From positions 195,300,001 to 195,364,000 of the forward strand of contig OZ024742.1 of assembly GCA_964016885.1 (NCBI GenBank): DNA of 64,000 nucleotides, in the 5' to 3' direction. Positions 29,506 through 41,713 of the stretch are shown piece after piece (position 1 is the stretch's first letter; every line of letters starts with the position of its first letter). A program made the translations under genes and the position numbers. Below the pieces are notes generated by a model. It was given only the letters and a program-made list of their open reading frames with translations, was not told where the DNA came from and searched no databases. This DNA comes from Eledone cirrhosa (taxonomy: Eukaryota).

Positions 29506-30097
29506 CAGGTCACCAGTTGGTGCTACTGGTAACATGTATCCCAGTACAACCTGTCCCATGGTCGGGTCGTTGGCGACTAAACTGGCAACCCCACCAAGGT
29601 TTGTTGGTGAGGAGGGTGACTTTGGACATCCTGTAGGACTAAAAACAAAACCTGTCAAAGGGCAAAGGAGCTCTTAAGAGTCAATGGCCATCTAAAATCA
29701 CTGGGAGAGATGACCCCTTAGCCTTTGTCAAGGCAGAATTCTAGGAGAAGGAAAACTCTGATATAACACCTGCAACCCTGATGGTATCCAATGATTTTGA
29801 CTTGTTCTTCTTTTTGGTAAATATCATCTTGGTTAAGAGAGTGGGACTGGCTTTGTGCACTGCCTTTGCTCACTATAAAAGCTTCACGGCACAGGCATTG
29901 CTTTATATCTGGAGATCTCTCTGCACTTGTCATCACATGGTACCATGGGCCCAGCACTATGTGTCAATAATTGTCAGAAGTGTAGTGTTTGTACCAGAGT
30001 TTTCAAGTCGCTGGCTGAACTAAAAAGTCATCGGTAGGGGTTCTCCTACATGGATATAAAGTAGTGGCCGTACTCGAAAACGAGTTGGCAGCCACCA
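29506..30097 (+). mobile_element. Internally deleted RTE-clade LINE derivative (5'-UTR-like part plus 3' end)
   Basis: The 5' part has GGGTCGTTGGCGACTAAACTGGCAACCCCACC...TAAAAAC, resembling RTE 5' UTRs. The 3' part encodes CSVCTRVFKSLAELKSHR*, like the C2H2-type tail of RTE/BovB ORFs. A short 3' UTR then runs into (TATG)n. Confidence 0.6.
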
Positions 30098-30425
30098 TGT
30101 GTGTATGTATGTTTGTATGTATGTATGTATGTATGTATGTATGTATGTATGTATGTATGTATGTATGTATGTGTGTATGTATGTTTGTATGTATGTATGT
30201 ATGCCTGCATGTATGTATGTATGTATGTACGTACGTATGTATGTATGTGTATGTATGTTTGTATGTATGTATTTATGTATGTATATGTGCATGTATGTAT
30301 GTGTGCATATATGTACGTGTATGTAGGTGTGTGTATGTATGTGTGTGCATGAACGTATATACATATGTATGTACGTATTCATTCCTGAACAATATAATAT
30401 ATATATATGTGTGTGTTTGTGTATT
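30098..30425. repeat. (TATG)n/(TG)n compound microsatellite
   Basis: Direct reading of the sequence. Confidence 0.95.
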
Positions 30426-30612
30426 AGCATAGTACCCGTCAAAAATGACAGAGATGACAGTAAAAAGAATATTAAATTTAATGTCATAGAGAGAATCAAA
30501 ACAACGTATCATTGTCTTATAACAGTTTTCCACCTCTCCTCACAGTTTTTTGTATTTTCTTTCAAGTCTGCAACGTCTTTTGAGTTACAGGGGTTCGGTA
30601 GCAGAGAGTAGG

Positions 30613-30760
30613 CAATCTTATCTTATCCATCGCCCGTTGGGTGAGACAGAAAGCACAATTTCACACCAATAGTCTCTGTTTCCCATCAATGTTTGCAGGT
30701 CTTCTTTGTCAATTCCGGTGTCTCTTGCTATGTTATCCTAGTATTTGAGCTTTCTGGTAA
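30613..30760 (-). mobile_element. 3' end of an RTE-like LINE (pseudogenised)
   Basis: The minus strand translates RKLKY*DNIARDTGIDKEDLQTLMGNRDYWCEIV, matching the RTE-like C-terminal pattern Y.D....DTG....DL...M..R..W. A short GATAA-repeat tail follows. Confidence 0.7.
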
Positions 30761-31044
30761 AGGAGATCTCTCACAAGAGGTATGAAACCATCTCATCTTT
30801 TGTGCGGAAGCAGTGAGCAGCAAACCTTGTACGACGTTAAATCAGTCGTGCACCAAAGCTGCCTCTGTGAGTTGCCTCAACACGCGTACACTAGGCAGAG
30901 AAAACAGTGTTTCATAGTTAGGTTTGATCCTCTACATGTGCAGATGGCTGAGCCAGTGATGCAGCCTGCATTTGACCAAAGTAGCTTGTTCTCAGGGACC
31001 GTGTTTGACACCCGTCTGTTCCAACGACGAGTATTGAAGTTAAT

Positions 31045-31178
31045 TCAATCAACGGAATATCCTTCTGTAGAATTAACGTTCAAGTGGCTGAGCATTCCAC
31101 AGATAATTATACCCTCAAAGTACTTCTCCTTTGGGATATACAATGACTCAGAGTGTGACAAGGCTGGTCCTTTGGATT
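31045..31178 (-). mobile_element. SINE fragment, same family as 41714-42015 and 55845-55990
   Basis: Shares motifs (GTGGCTGAGCA, GTGTGACAAG...CCTTTG) with the other copies in this window. Confidence 0.6.
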
Positions 31179-31265
31179 GATTCGTTTGTCAGTTCAGTGA
31201 ACGTGAAATATAGGGTGCTGCTCAAGGACACAAAACGCCGTCAGAAATCGAAGTCACGCACTTAC

Positions 31266-31443
31266 AGACGTGATACGAACACTCTAACAACAAAATCCCA
31301 TGCTTCCACTGCTTTCTCAGGCAGTACAGCAATAGTTTTGCTATGGGATCAGACTGACCTAACTTGAAAAAGTCGGTAGGTATTGTCTCCCTTGGTTGCT
31401 GTGCAACAGTTGCTGGAGGGAAATCGGCCATCTTTAGGTGACT
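31266..31443 (-). CDS. Candidate isolated coding exon, product unknown
   Basis: Minus-strand acceptor ctccgacag and donor CT|gtaagt, with one open frame (HLKMADFPPATVAQQPRETIPTDFFKLGQSDPIAKLLLYCLRKQWKHGILLLECSYHV). No homologue recognised. Confidence 0.3.
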
Positions 31444-31564
31444 GTCGGAGTAATAGAGTTGTTGTTGTTGTTGTTGTGGTGGTGGTAGTGGTGGTGGTGG
31501 TGGTGGTGGTGGTGGTTTTTTCATGAATATAGCAGGAATAAATGCACATGAAAGCTGCATTGAT

Positions 31565-34050
31565 CTACCATTATCACCATCACTACCAATAACACCAATA
31601 CAAAACCACCATCATTACCACTACCAATACAATACCACAACCTATAAAACACCAATACCAAAACACCGTCACCTATACAACATCGCTACTACAAAAACTA
31701 CACTACCAGCATTACAACAACACACAACCACATCAAAACACCACAATAATGCAAACGCCACCACAACACCCAAACCACCACATCAATAACACCAAACACA
31801 ATACTACCACCACACCACCACAACTGCAACACCAACACCACCGCAACCCCACCTACAACACAACACTACCCCTATAGCACCAACACCAATACAACACCAC
31901 TGCAAACACTACCATCAATGTAACAACACCACAAACACCATCGCCACCACTACCACCATCACCACCAGTACTACCACCAGCACCACAACAACACCAACAA
32001 CACTACCCCTATAGCACCAACACCAATACAACACCACTGCAAACACTACCATCAATGTAACAACACCACAAACACCATCGCCACCACCACCACCATCACC
32101 ACCAGTACTACCACCAGCACCACAACAACACCATAACAACACTACAGCATCACAACACCACCACACCAACACCCCAACACCACAACAACAACATCACAAC
32201 ACCACCACAATAACGCCACCACAACATCAACACCAGTACAACAACACTACAGCATCACAATACTCCCACATGACACCACCACAAACAATACCACCGCCAC
32301 CACAACATCAATATATCACTACGACACCACCAACAGAAACGCACCTCCATCACAGACACCACCACCGCCACCACAACACCAATATAACACCACTACAAAT
32401 ACAACCAACAATACTATAGTACAACACCACTACCAACATCACTAACACGATCACTAACACAACAACACCACCACTACTACAACACCACCACAACACCACC
32501 ACAACATCACCACCATAACATCACGAACACCACCACAACAACACCACAACACCACAACACCACCACAACAACAACACCAAAACAACTCCACCAACAACAC
32601 CACAAGACCACCACAACACCACCACCACAACACCACCACAACAACAACAACAAAACAACACCACCAACAGCACCACAACACCATCACAACACCACCACCA
32701 CAACAACAACACCACAACAACGCCACCCCAACAGCACCAAGAGAAATGTACCTCCTTGACAAACACCACTACCAACAACACCAACACCACCCCAACAACA
32801 CCATTACCACAACAACGCCACCGCCACCACAACACCACCACAACAGCACCAATAGAAATGCACTTCCATGAAAAACACCACTATCTTCACCAAAACCACC
32901 ACAACAACAACAACACCACAACACCACCACTAACAGAAATACACCTCCGTGGCAAGCACCCCACTACCAACATCACCAACACCACCACAACGCCACCACC
33001 GTAACAACAACACCACCACAACACCACAACACCACCACCACCACCACCACCACAAAACCACCACAACACCACCACCAACACCACCACATCAATACCACCA
33101 CAACACCACCGCTACAACAAAACCACCACAACACCACAACATCACCAACACCACCACAACAACACCATTACAACAGCAACACCACCACAACAACACCACC
33201 ACAACACCACCACTACAACAACACCACAACAACACCACCACAGCAACAACACCACCACAACACCACCAGAACAACAACACCACTACAACACCACCACAAC
33301 AACAACACCACCACAACAACACCACAACAACCTCATCACTACAACAACACCACCACAACACCACCACTACAACAACACCACCACAACACCACCACAACAA
33401 CAACACCACCACAACACCACCAGAACAACAACACCACCACAACACCACCACAACAACAACACCACCACAACAACACCACAACAACCTCATCACTACAACA
33501 ACACCACCACAACACCACCACAACAACAACACCACCACAACAACCTCATCACTACAACAACCTCATCACTACAACACCACCACAACACCACCACTACAAT
33601 AACACTATCACAACACCACCACTTCAACAACACCACTACCAACACCATCAACAACACCACCACCACAACATCACCACCAACACCACCACATAGCAACAAC
33701 AGCGCCTCCATGACAGACAGCACTACCAACATCACCAGCAGCACCACCACAACACCACCAACACCACCACAACACCAGCACCACCACCACAACACGACCA
33801 ACACCACCACAACAACACCACATCACTACAACAGCACCTCCATGACAGACACCACTGCCAACATCACCACCACCACAACACCACCACAACAACACCACAA
33901 CAACACCACACCACTACAACACCACACCACTACAACAGCGCCTCCATGACAGACACAACTACCAACATCAAACATCACCAACACCACAACTCCACCAACA
34001 CCACAACACGACCACAACACCACCAACACCACAACACCACCACCACAACA
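31565..34050 (+). repeat. CA-rich low-complexity array (ACC/AAC/CAC), with a 137-bp tandem duplication near 31860-32130 and degenerate copies of the downstream core
   Basis: Direct reading. The CCCTATAGCACC marker recurs 137 bp apart. Confidence 0.9.
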
Positions 34051-37000
34051 CCACCAACAGAAATACACCTCCATGATAAACACCACCACAACACCACCAA
34101 CACCACAACACCACAACACCACCACAACGCCACCAACAGAAATACACCTCCATGATAAACACCACTACCAACACCACCAACACCACAACACCACCACCAC
34201 CACAACACCACCAACAGAAATACACCTCCATGATAAACACCACCACAACACCACCAACACCACAACACCACCACCACCACAACACCACCAACAGAAATAC
34301 ACCTCCATGATAAACACCACTACCAACATCACCAACACCACAACACCACAACACCACCACAACACCACCAACAGAAATACACCTCCATGATAAACACCAC
34401 CACAACACCACCAACACCACAACACCACCACCACCACAACACCACCAACAGAAATACACCTCCATGATAAACACCACTACCAACATCACCAACACCACAA
34501 CACCACAACACCACTACAACACCACCAACAGAAATACACCTCCATGATAAACACCACCACAACACCACCAACACCACAACACCACCACCACAACACCACC
34601 AACAGAAATATACCTCCATGATAAACACCACTACCAACATCACCAGCACCACAACATCACCAACACGACAACACTATCAACACCACAACACCACCAACAC
34701 CACAATACCACCAACAGAAATACACCTCCATGATAAACACCACTACCAACACCACCAACACCACAACATTACCAACACCACAACACCACCACCACCACAA
34801 CACCACTAACAGAAATACACCTCCATGATAAACACCACTACCAACACCACCAACACCACAACACCACCGCCACCACAACACCACCGACAGAAATACACCT
34901 CCATAATAAACACCACTACCAACATCACCACCACCACTACCACCACCACACCACCAACACCACAACCCCACCAACACCACCAACACCACCAACACCACAA
35001 CACCACCACACCACCAACACCACAACACCACCAACACCAACACCACCACACCACCAACATCACCAACAGCACCAACAGAAATACACCTCTATGATAAACA
35101 CCACTTCCAACATCACCAACACCACCACTACCACCACCTCACCACCAACACCACAACACCACCACCACCACCACACCACCAACACCACCAACACCACAAC
35201 ACCACCAACACCACCACTACCACCACCACACCACCAACACCACAACACCACCACCACCACACCACCAACACCACCAACACCACCAACACCACAACACCAC
35301 CAACATCACCAACACGACCAACAGAAATACACCTCTATGATAAACACCACTTCCAACATCACCAACACCACACCACCACCACCACAACACCACCACCACC
35401 ACCACACCACAACACCACCAACATCACCAACACGACCAACAGAAATAAACCTCTATGATAAACACCACTTCCAACATCACCAACACCACCACTACCACCA
35501 CCTCACCACCAACACCACAACACCACCACCACACCACCAACACCACCAACACCACAACACCACCAACATCACCAACACGACCAACAGAAATACACCTCCA
35601 TGATAAACACCACTACCAACATCACCACCACCACACCACCACCACCACAACACCACCACCACCACCACACCACAACACCACCAACACCACCAACACCACA
35701 ACACCACCAACATCACCAACACGACCAACAGAAATACACCTCCATGATAAACACCACTTCCAACATCACCAACACCACCACTACCACCACCTCACCACCA
35801 ACACCACAACACCACCACCACACCACCAACACCACCAACACCACCAACACCACAACACCACCAACATCACCAACACGACCAACAGAAATACACCTCCATG
35901 ATAAACACCACTACCAACATCACCACCACCACACCACCACCACCACCACAACACCACCACCACCACCACACCACAACACCACCAACATCACCAACACCAC
36001 AACACCACCAACATCACCAACACGACCAACAGAAATACACCTCCATGATAAACACCACTACCAACATCACCACCACCACAATACCACCACCACAACACCA
36101 CCACCACCACCACACCACAACACCACCAACACCACCAACACCACCAACACCACCAACATCACCAACACGACCAACAGAAATACACCTCCATGATAAACAC
36201 CACTACCAACATCACCACCACCACACCACCACCACCACAACACCACCACCACCACCACACCACAACACCACAACACCACCAACACCACCAACACCACCAA
36301 CACCACCAACACCACAACACCACCAACATCACCAACACGACCAACAGAAATACACCTCCATGATAAACACCACTACCAACATCACCACCACCACACCACC
36401 ACCACCACAACACCACCACCACCACCACACGACAACACCACCAACACCACCAACACCACCAACACCACAACACCACCAACATCACCAACACCACCAACAG
36501 AAATACACCTCCATGATAAACACCACTTCCAACATCACCAAAACCACCACTACCACCACCTCACCACCAACACCACAACACCACCACCACACCACAACAC
36601 CACCAACACCACCAACACCACCAACACCACCAACATCACCAACACGACCAACAGAAATACACCTCCATGATAAACACCACTACCAACATCACCACCACCA
36701 CACCACCACCACCACCACAACACCACCACCACCACCACACCACAACACCACCAACACCACCAACACCACCAACACCACAACACCACCAACATCACCAACA
36801 CGACCAACAGAAATACACCTCCATGATAAACACCACTACCAACATCACCACCACCACACCACCACCACCACAACACCACCACCACCACCACACCACAATA
36901 CCACCAACACCACCAACACCACCAACATCACCAACACGACCAACAGAAATACACCTCCATGATAAACACCACTACCAACATCACCACCACCACACCACCA

Positions 37001-37124
37001 CCACCACAACACCACCACCACCACCACACCACAACACCACAACACCACCAACATCACCAACACCACCAACAGAAATACACCTCCATGATAAACACCACTA
37101 CCAACATCACCACCACCACCACCA
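34051..37124 (+). repeat. Minisatellite: conserved core CCAACAGAAATACACCTCCATGATAAACACCAC (about 25 copies) separated by variable-length CA-rich spacers
   Basis: The core recurs every ~75-250 bp from about 34053 to about 37066. Confidence 0.95.
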
Positions 37125-37129
37125 TACAG

Positions 37130-37192
37130 TGATAAACGGGTTTATCTGCCAGATGCCAGCTCTGTTGAATGAGAAGCTATTTAAGGATTGTG
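37130..37192 (+). CDS. Candidate 63-nt symmetric exon in the unique island between the arrays
   Basis: tacag|TG...TG|gtgagt boundaries and an open frame (INGFICQMPALLNEKLFKDC). The acceptor has no polypyrimidine tract, and no homologue was recognised. Confidence 0.2.
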
Positions 37193-37382
37193 GTGAGTGT
37201 ATCGATATAGCTGAGCATCGTCAGATGGTATTGGAGAAGATTAATGGTAAATCTTTAATAGATTAGGATATCGATAAGTTCCAATCTAAGACTTTTAATG
37301 ACGAGATCCTCTAAGTCTTTTAATGATGGATGTGGTGTGGGAGGGAGATCGATGGTAAAGAGGGGTTGTCAATGGTGATGTG

Positions 37383-38470
37383 GTGTGGTGTGGTGCAGTG
37401 TGATATACTGGTGTGGTGTAGTAATGTGATATACTGGTGTGGTGTAGTAATGTGATATACTGGTGTAATGTGGTGTAGCAGTGTGATATACTGGTGTGGT
37501 GTGGTGTAGCAGTGTGATATACTGGTGTGGTGTGGTGTGGTGTAGTAATGTGATATACTGGTGTGGTGTGGTGCAGTGTGATATACTGGTGTGGTGTAGT
37601 AATGTGATATACTGGTGTGGTGTGGTGCAGTGTGATACACTGGTGTGGTGTGGTGTAGTGTGATATACTGGTGTGGTGTGGTGTAGCAGTGTGATATACT
37701 GGTGTGGTGTGGTGTAGCAGTGTGATATACTGGTGTGGTGTGGTGTAGCAGTGTGATATACTGGTGTGGTGTGGTGTGGTAATGTGATATACTGGTGTGG
37801 TGTGGTGTAGTAATGTGATATACTGGTGTAATGTGGTGTAGTAATGTGATATACTGGTGTGGTGTGGTGTAGCAGTGTGATATACTGGTGTGGTGTGGTG
37901 TAGCAGTGTGATATACTGGTGTGGTGTAGCAGTGTGATATACTGGTGTGGTGTGGTGTAGCAGTGTGATACACTGGTGTGGTGTGGTGTAGCAGTGTGAT
38001 ATACTGGTGTGGTGTGGTGTAGTGTGATATACTGGTGTGGTGTGGTGTAGCAGTGTGATATACTGGTGTGGTGTGGTGTAGCAGTGTGATATACTGGTGT
38101 GGTGTGGTGTAGCAGTGTGATATACTGGTGTGGTGTAGCAGTGTGATATACTGGTGTGGTGTGGTGTAGTAATGTGATATACTGGTGTGGTGTGGTGTAG
38201 TAATGTGATATACTGGTGTGGTGTGGTGTAGTGTGATATACTGGTGTGGTGTGGTGTAGCAGTGTGATATACTGGTGTGGTGTGGTGCAGTGTGATATAC
38301 TGGTGTGGTGTGGTGTAGTGTGATATACTGGTGTGGTGTGGTGTGGTGCAGTGTGATATACTGGTGTGGTGTGGTGTAGTAATGTGATATACTGGTGTGG
38401 TGTGGTGTGGTGCAGTCTGATATACTGGTGTGGTGTAGCAATGTGATATACTGGTGTGGTGTGGTGTAGT
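37383..38470 (+). repeat. About 31-bp GT-rich minisatellite, GCAGTGTGATATACTGGTGTGGTGTGGTGTA, with a variable number of GTGTG modules
   Basis: The GTGATATACTGG core recurs every ~26-36 bp. Confidence 0.97.
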
Positions 38471-38654
38471 GTAGTCGCTGTGGTGTTGTGATGATATGAT
38501 ATGGTACGATCTTGTGGTGCAGTGTGGTGTGATGTAGTGTGGTGTGGTGTAGTCACTAGTGGTGTTGTGGTGTAGTATTGTGTGGTGTGGTGTAGTCAGT
38601 GGTGGGTATAGTCGGTGATGCTGTGTGGTGCGGTTATGTGGTAGTATGGAATCA

Positions 38655-40735
38655 TGCTGGCGTGGTGGTATGGTGATATGTTGTTGTGCTGGTATGGTGG
38701 TATGGTGGTATGTTGTTGTGCTGGTGTGGTGGTATGGTGGTATGTTGTTGTGTTGGTGTGGTGCTATGGTGGTATGTTGTTGTGCTGATGTGGTGGTATG
38801 GTGGCATGTTGTGCTGATGTGGTGGTATGGTGGTATGTTGTTGTGCTGATGTGGTGGTATTGTGGTATGTTGTTGTGCTGATGTGGTGGTATGGTGGTAT
38901 GGTGGTATGTTGTTGTGCTGGTATGGTGGTATGGTGGTATGTTCTTGTGCTGGTGTGGTGGTATGGTGGTATGTTGTTGTGCTGGTGTGGTGGTATGTTG
39001 TTGTGCTGATGTGGTGGTATGGTGGTATGGTGGTATGTTGTTGTGCTGGTGTGGTGGTATGTTGTTGTGCTGATGTGGTGGTATGGTGATATGTTGTTGT
39101 GCTGGTGTGGTGGCATGTTGTTGTGCTGGTGTGGTGGTATGGTGGTATGTTGTTGTGCTGGTGTGGTGGTATGTTGTTGCGCTGGTGTGGTGGTATGGTG
39201 GTATGTTGTTGTGGTGGTATGGTGGTATGTTGTTGTGCTGGTGTGGTGGTATGGTGGTATGTTGTTGTGCTGGTATGGTGGTATGGTGGTATATGGTTGT
39301 GCTGGTGTGGTGGTATGGTGGTATGGTGGTATGTTGTTGTGCTGGTATGGTGGTATGGTGGTATGTTGTTGTGCTGGTGTGGTGGTATGGTGGTATATGG
39401 TTGTGCTGGTGTGGTGGTATGTTGTTGTGCTGATGTGGTGGTATGGTGGTATGTTGTTGTGCTGGTGTGGTGGTATGTTGTTGTGGTGGTATGGTGGTAT
39501 GTTGTTGTGGTGGTATGGTGGTATGTTGTTGTGCTGGTGTGGTGGTATGGTGGTATGTTGTTGTGCTGGTATGGTGGTATGGTGGTATGTTGTTGTGCTG
39601 GTGTGGTGGTATGGTGGTATGGTGGTATGTTGTTGTGCTGGTATGGTGGTATGGTGGTATGTTGTTGTGCTGGTGTGGTGGTATGGTGGTATATGGTTGT
39701 GCTGGTGTGGTGGTATGTTGTTGTGCTGGTGTGGTGGTATGTTGTTGTGCTGATGTGGTGGTATGGTGGTATGTTGTTGTGCTGGTGTGGTGGTATGTTG
39801 TTGTGGTGGTATGGTGGTATGTTGTTGTGGTGGTATGGTGGTATGTTGTTGTGCTGATGTGGTGGTATGGTGGTATGGTGGTATGTTGTTGTGCTGGTAT
39901 GGTGGTATGGTGGTATGTTCTTGTGCTGGTGTGGTGGTATGGTGGTATGTTGTTGTGCTGGTGTGGTGGTATGTTGTTGTGCTGATGTGGTGGTATGGTG
40001 GTATGGTGGTATGTTGTTGTGCTGGTGTGGTGGTATGTTGTTGTGCTGATGTGGTGGTATGGTGATATGTTGTTGTGCTGGTGTGGTGGCATGTTGTTGT
40101 GCTGGTGTGGTGGTATGTTGTTGTGCTGGTGTGGTGGTATGTTGTTGCGCTGGTGTGGTGGTATGGTGGTATGTTGTTGTGGTGGTATGGTGGTATGTTG
40201 TTGTGCTGGTGTGGTGGTATGTTGTTGTGCTGGTATGGTGGTATGGTGGTATGTTGTTGTGCTGGTGTGGTGGTATGGTGGTATGGTGGTATGTTGTTGT
40301 GCTGGTATGGTGGTATGGTGGTATGTTGTTGTGCTGGTGTGGTGGTATGGTGGTATATGGTTGTGCTGGTGTGGTGGTATGTTGTTGTGCTGATGTGGTG
40401 GTATGGTGGTATGTCGTTGTCCTGGTACGGTGGTATGGTGGTATGTTGTTGTGCTGGTGTGGTGGTATGGTGGTATGTTGTTGTGCTGATGTGGTGGTAT
40501 GGTGGTATGTTGTTGTGCTGGTATGGTGGTATGGTGGTATGTTGTTGTGCTGGTGTGGTGGTATGGTGGTATGTTGTTGTGCTGGTATGGTGGTATGGTG
40601 GTATGTTGTTGTGCTGGTGTGGTGGTATGTTGTTGTGCTGGTGTGGTGGTGTGGTGGTATGGTGGTATGTTGTTGTGCTGGTATGGTGGTATGGTGGTAT
40701 GTTGTTGTGCTGGTATGGTGGTATGGTGGTATGGG
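38655..40735 (+). repeat. GT-rich modular minisatellite built mainly of 8-bp modules (GGTATGGT, GGTGTGGT, GATGTGGT, GGTATGTT+GTTGTGCT)
   Basis: Direct reading. Rare variants recur at 976-bp spacing. Confidence 0.95.
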
Positions 40736-40825
40736 ATTGCGCTGGTGTAGGAGGTGAAATTTATTTGCGAATCAATTAATATATCTTCCTTCTATCAACA
40801 GTGATGTGAAACTAAATTCATAAGA

Positions 40826-40899
40826 TTGATGATGTGGGGGATGGTGGTGGTGGTGGTGGTGGTGGTGGTGGTGGTTACGACGACGTGAATGGTGATTTT

Positions 40900-40930
<31 letters not shown>

Positions 40931-40945
40931 ATGAGGATGATGATG
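40826..40945. repeat. (GGT)n/(GCT)n/(GAT)n trinucleotide microsatellites
   Basis: Direct reading of the sequence. Confidence 0.9.
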
Positions 40946-41090
40946 AAGTCAACAACAATGACGATGGTATTAAAGAAATGAAAGATGGGGGGGTCATCCT
41001 TAATCCAACAAAACTATGAATTATTTCGTTTTCTTTTCTCAACGATATTGTGTCCAGGATCTCATTGTTCAACGTGACTTTCAGTTTTAA

Positions 41091-41160
41091 TGTCGATACC
41101 ATCTGATGTCGATACCATCTGATGTCGATACCATCTGATGTCGATACCATCTGATGTCGA
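41091..41160. repeat. 16-bp tandem repeat TGTCGATACCATCTGA, about 4.4 perfect copies
   Basis: Direct reading of the sequence. Confidence 0.95.
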
Positions 41161-41713
41161 ATGCACGAGGCCTAGTGATTGGGATCATTATGGTGGTTGG
41201 GTTCATGATTATAATCTCGTAGTTTCGATATCTAGAACGGGCAATGCGTTGAGTCTTTTCACGTTGAATACTAGCAACTGGAATGTTAGACCAGCAACTG
41301 GCAGGCGTCTCGTCTAGGAGAACCCAGGCTTGTACTCCTGTACTCAGTCTTGCCGCCCAGAAAACCGGGATAAGCTCAAGGCTTCGTCCAACCCATGCAA
41401 TGCATGACAAAACAGACAGTAAACGTTAACACTACTAAGTGGGATAGTTTATCTGAAGCTTCGTGAAATATATAGGTTGGGTAGCTTTAGTAAAGCCAGT
41501 ACACTACAAGAATGCAATGTGAGACAAATAAAACAAAACAAGAGTTACAAATTTTCTCTTGTAATTCATGATATTTCGGGGTTCGATAGCGTTTTCAAAA
41601 GAAAGGAAATAAAGGGTGGCGGGGCAATAAACCACGTTCTACATCTCATATATGATGTGCGGAAGATTTAGCTCCCATTTCTAACAGGCTGAAGCTCCTT
41701 CGTTAGGTAGATG

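Noticed and set aside
30699-30779. Plus-strand exon (tttgcag|GTC...GAG|gtatga)
   Set aside because: Better explained as the antisense of an RTE-like LINE 3' end.
34051-37124. CRISPR-like repeat-spacer layout
   Set aside because: The spacers are low-complexity, similar to one another and highly variable in length. There are no cas genes, and the context is eukaryotic.
37383-40735. Telomeric repeat or telomere fusion
   Set aside because: There are no TTAGGG arrays. The C-rich-then-G-rich order is opposite to an end-to-end fusion signature.
31523-40779. His/Thr/Pro-rich and Val/Trp/Cys-rich ORFs (mucin-like or keratin-associated-like)
   Set aside because: They are translations of low-complexity repeats that are open in several frames on both strands.
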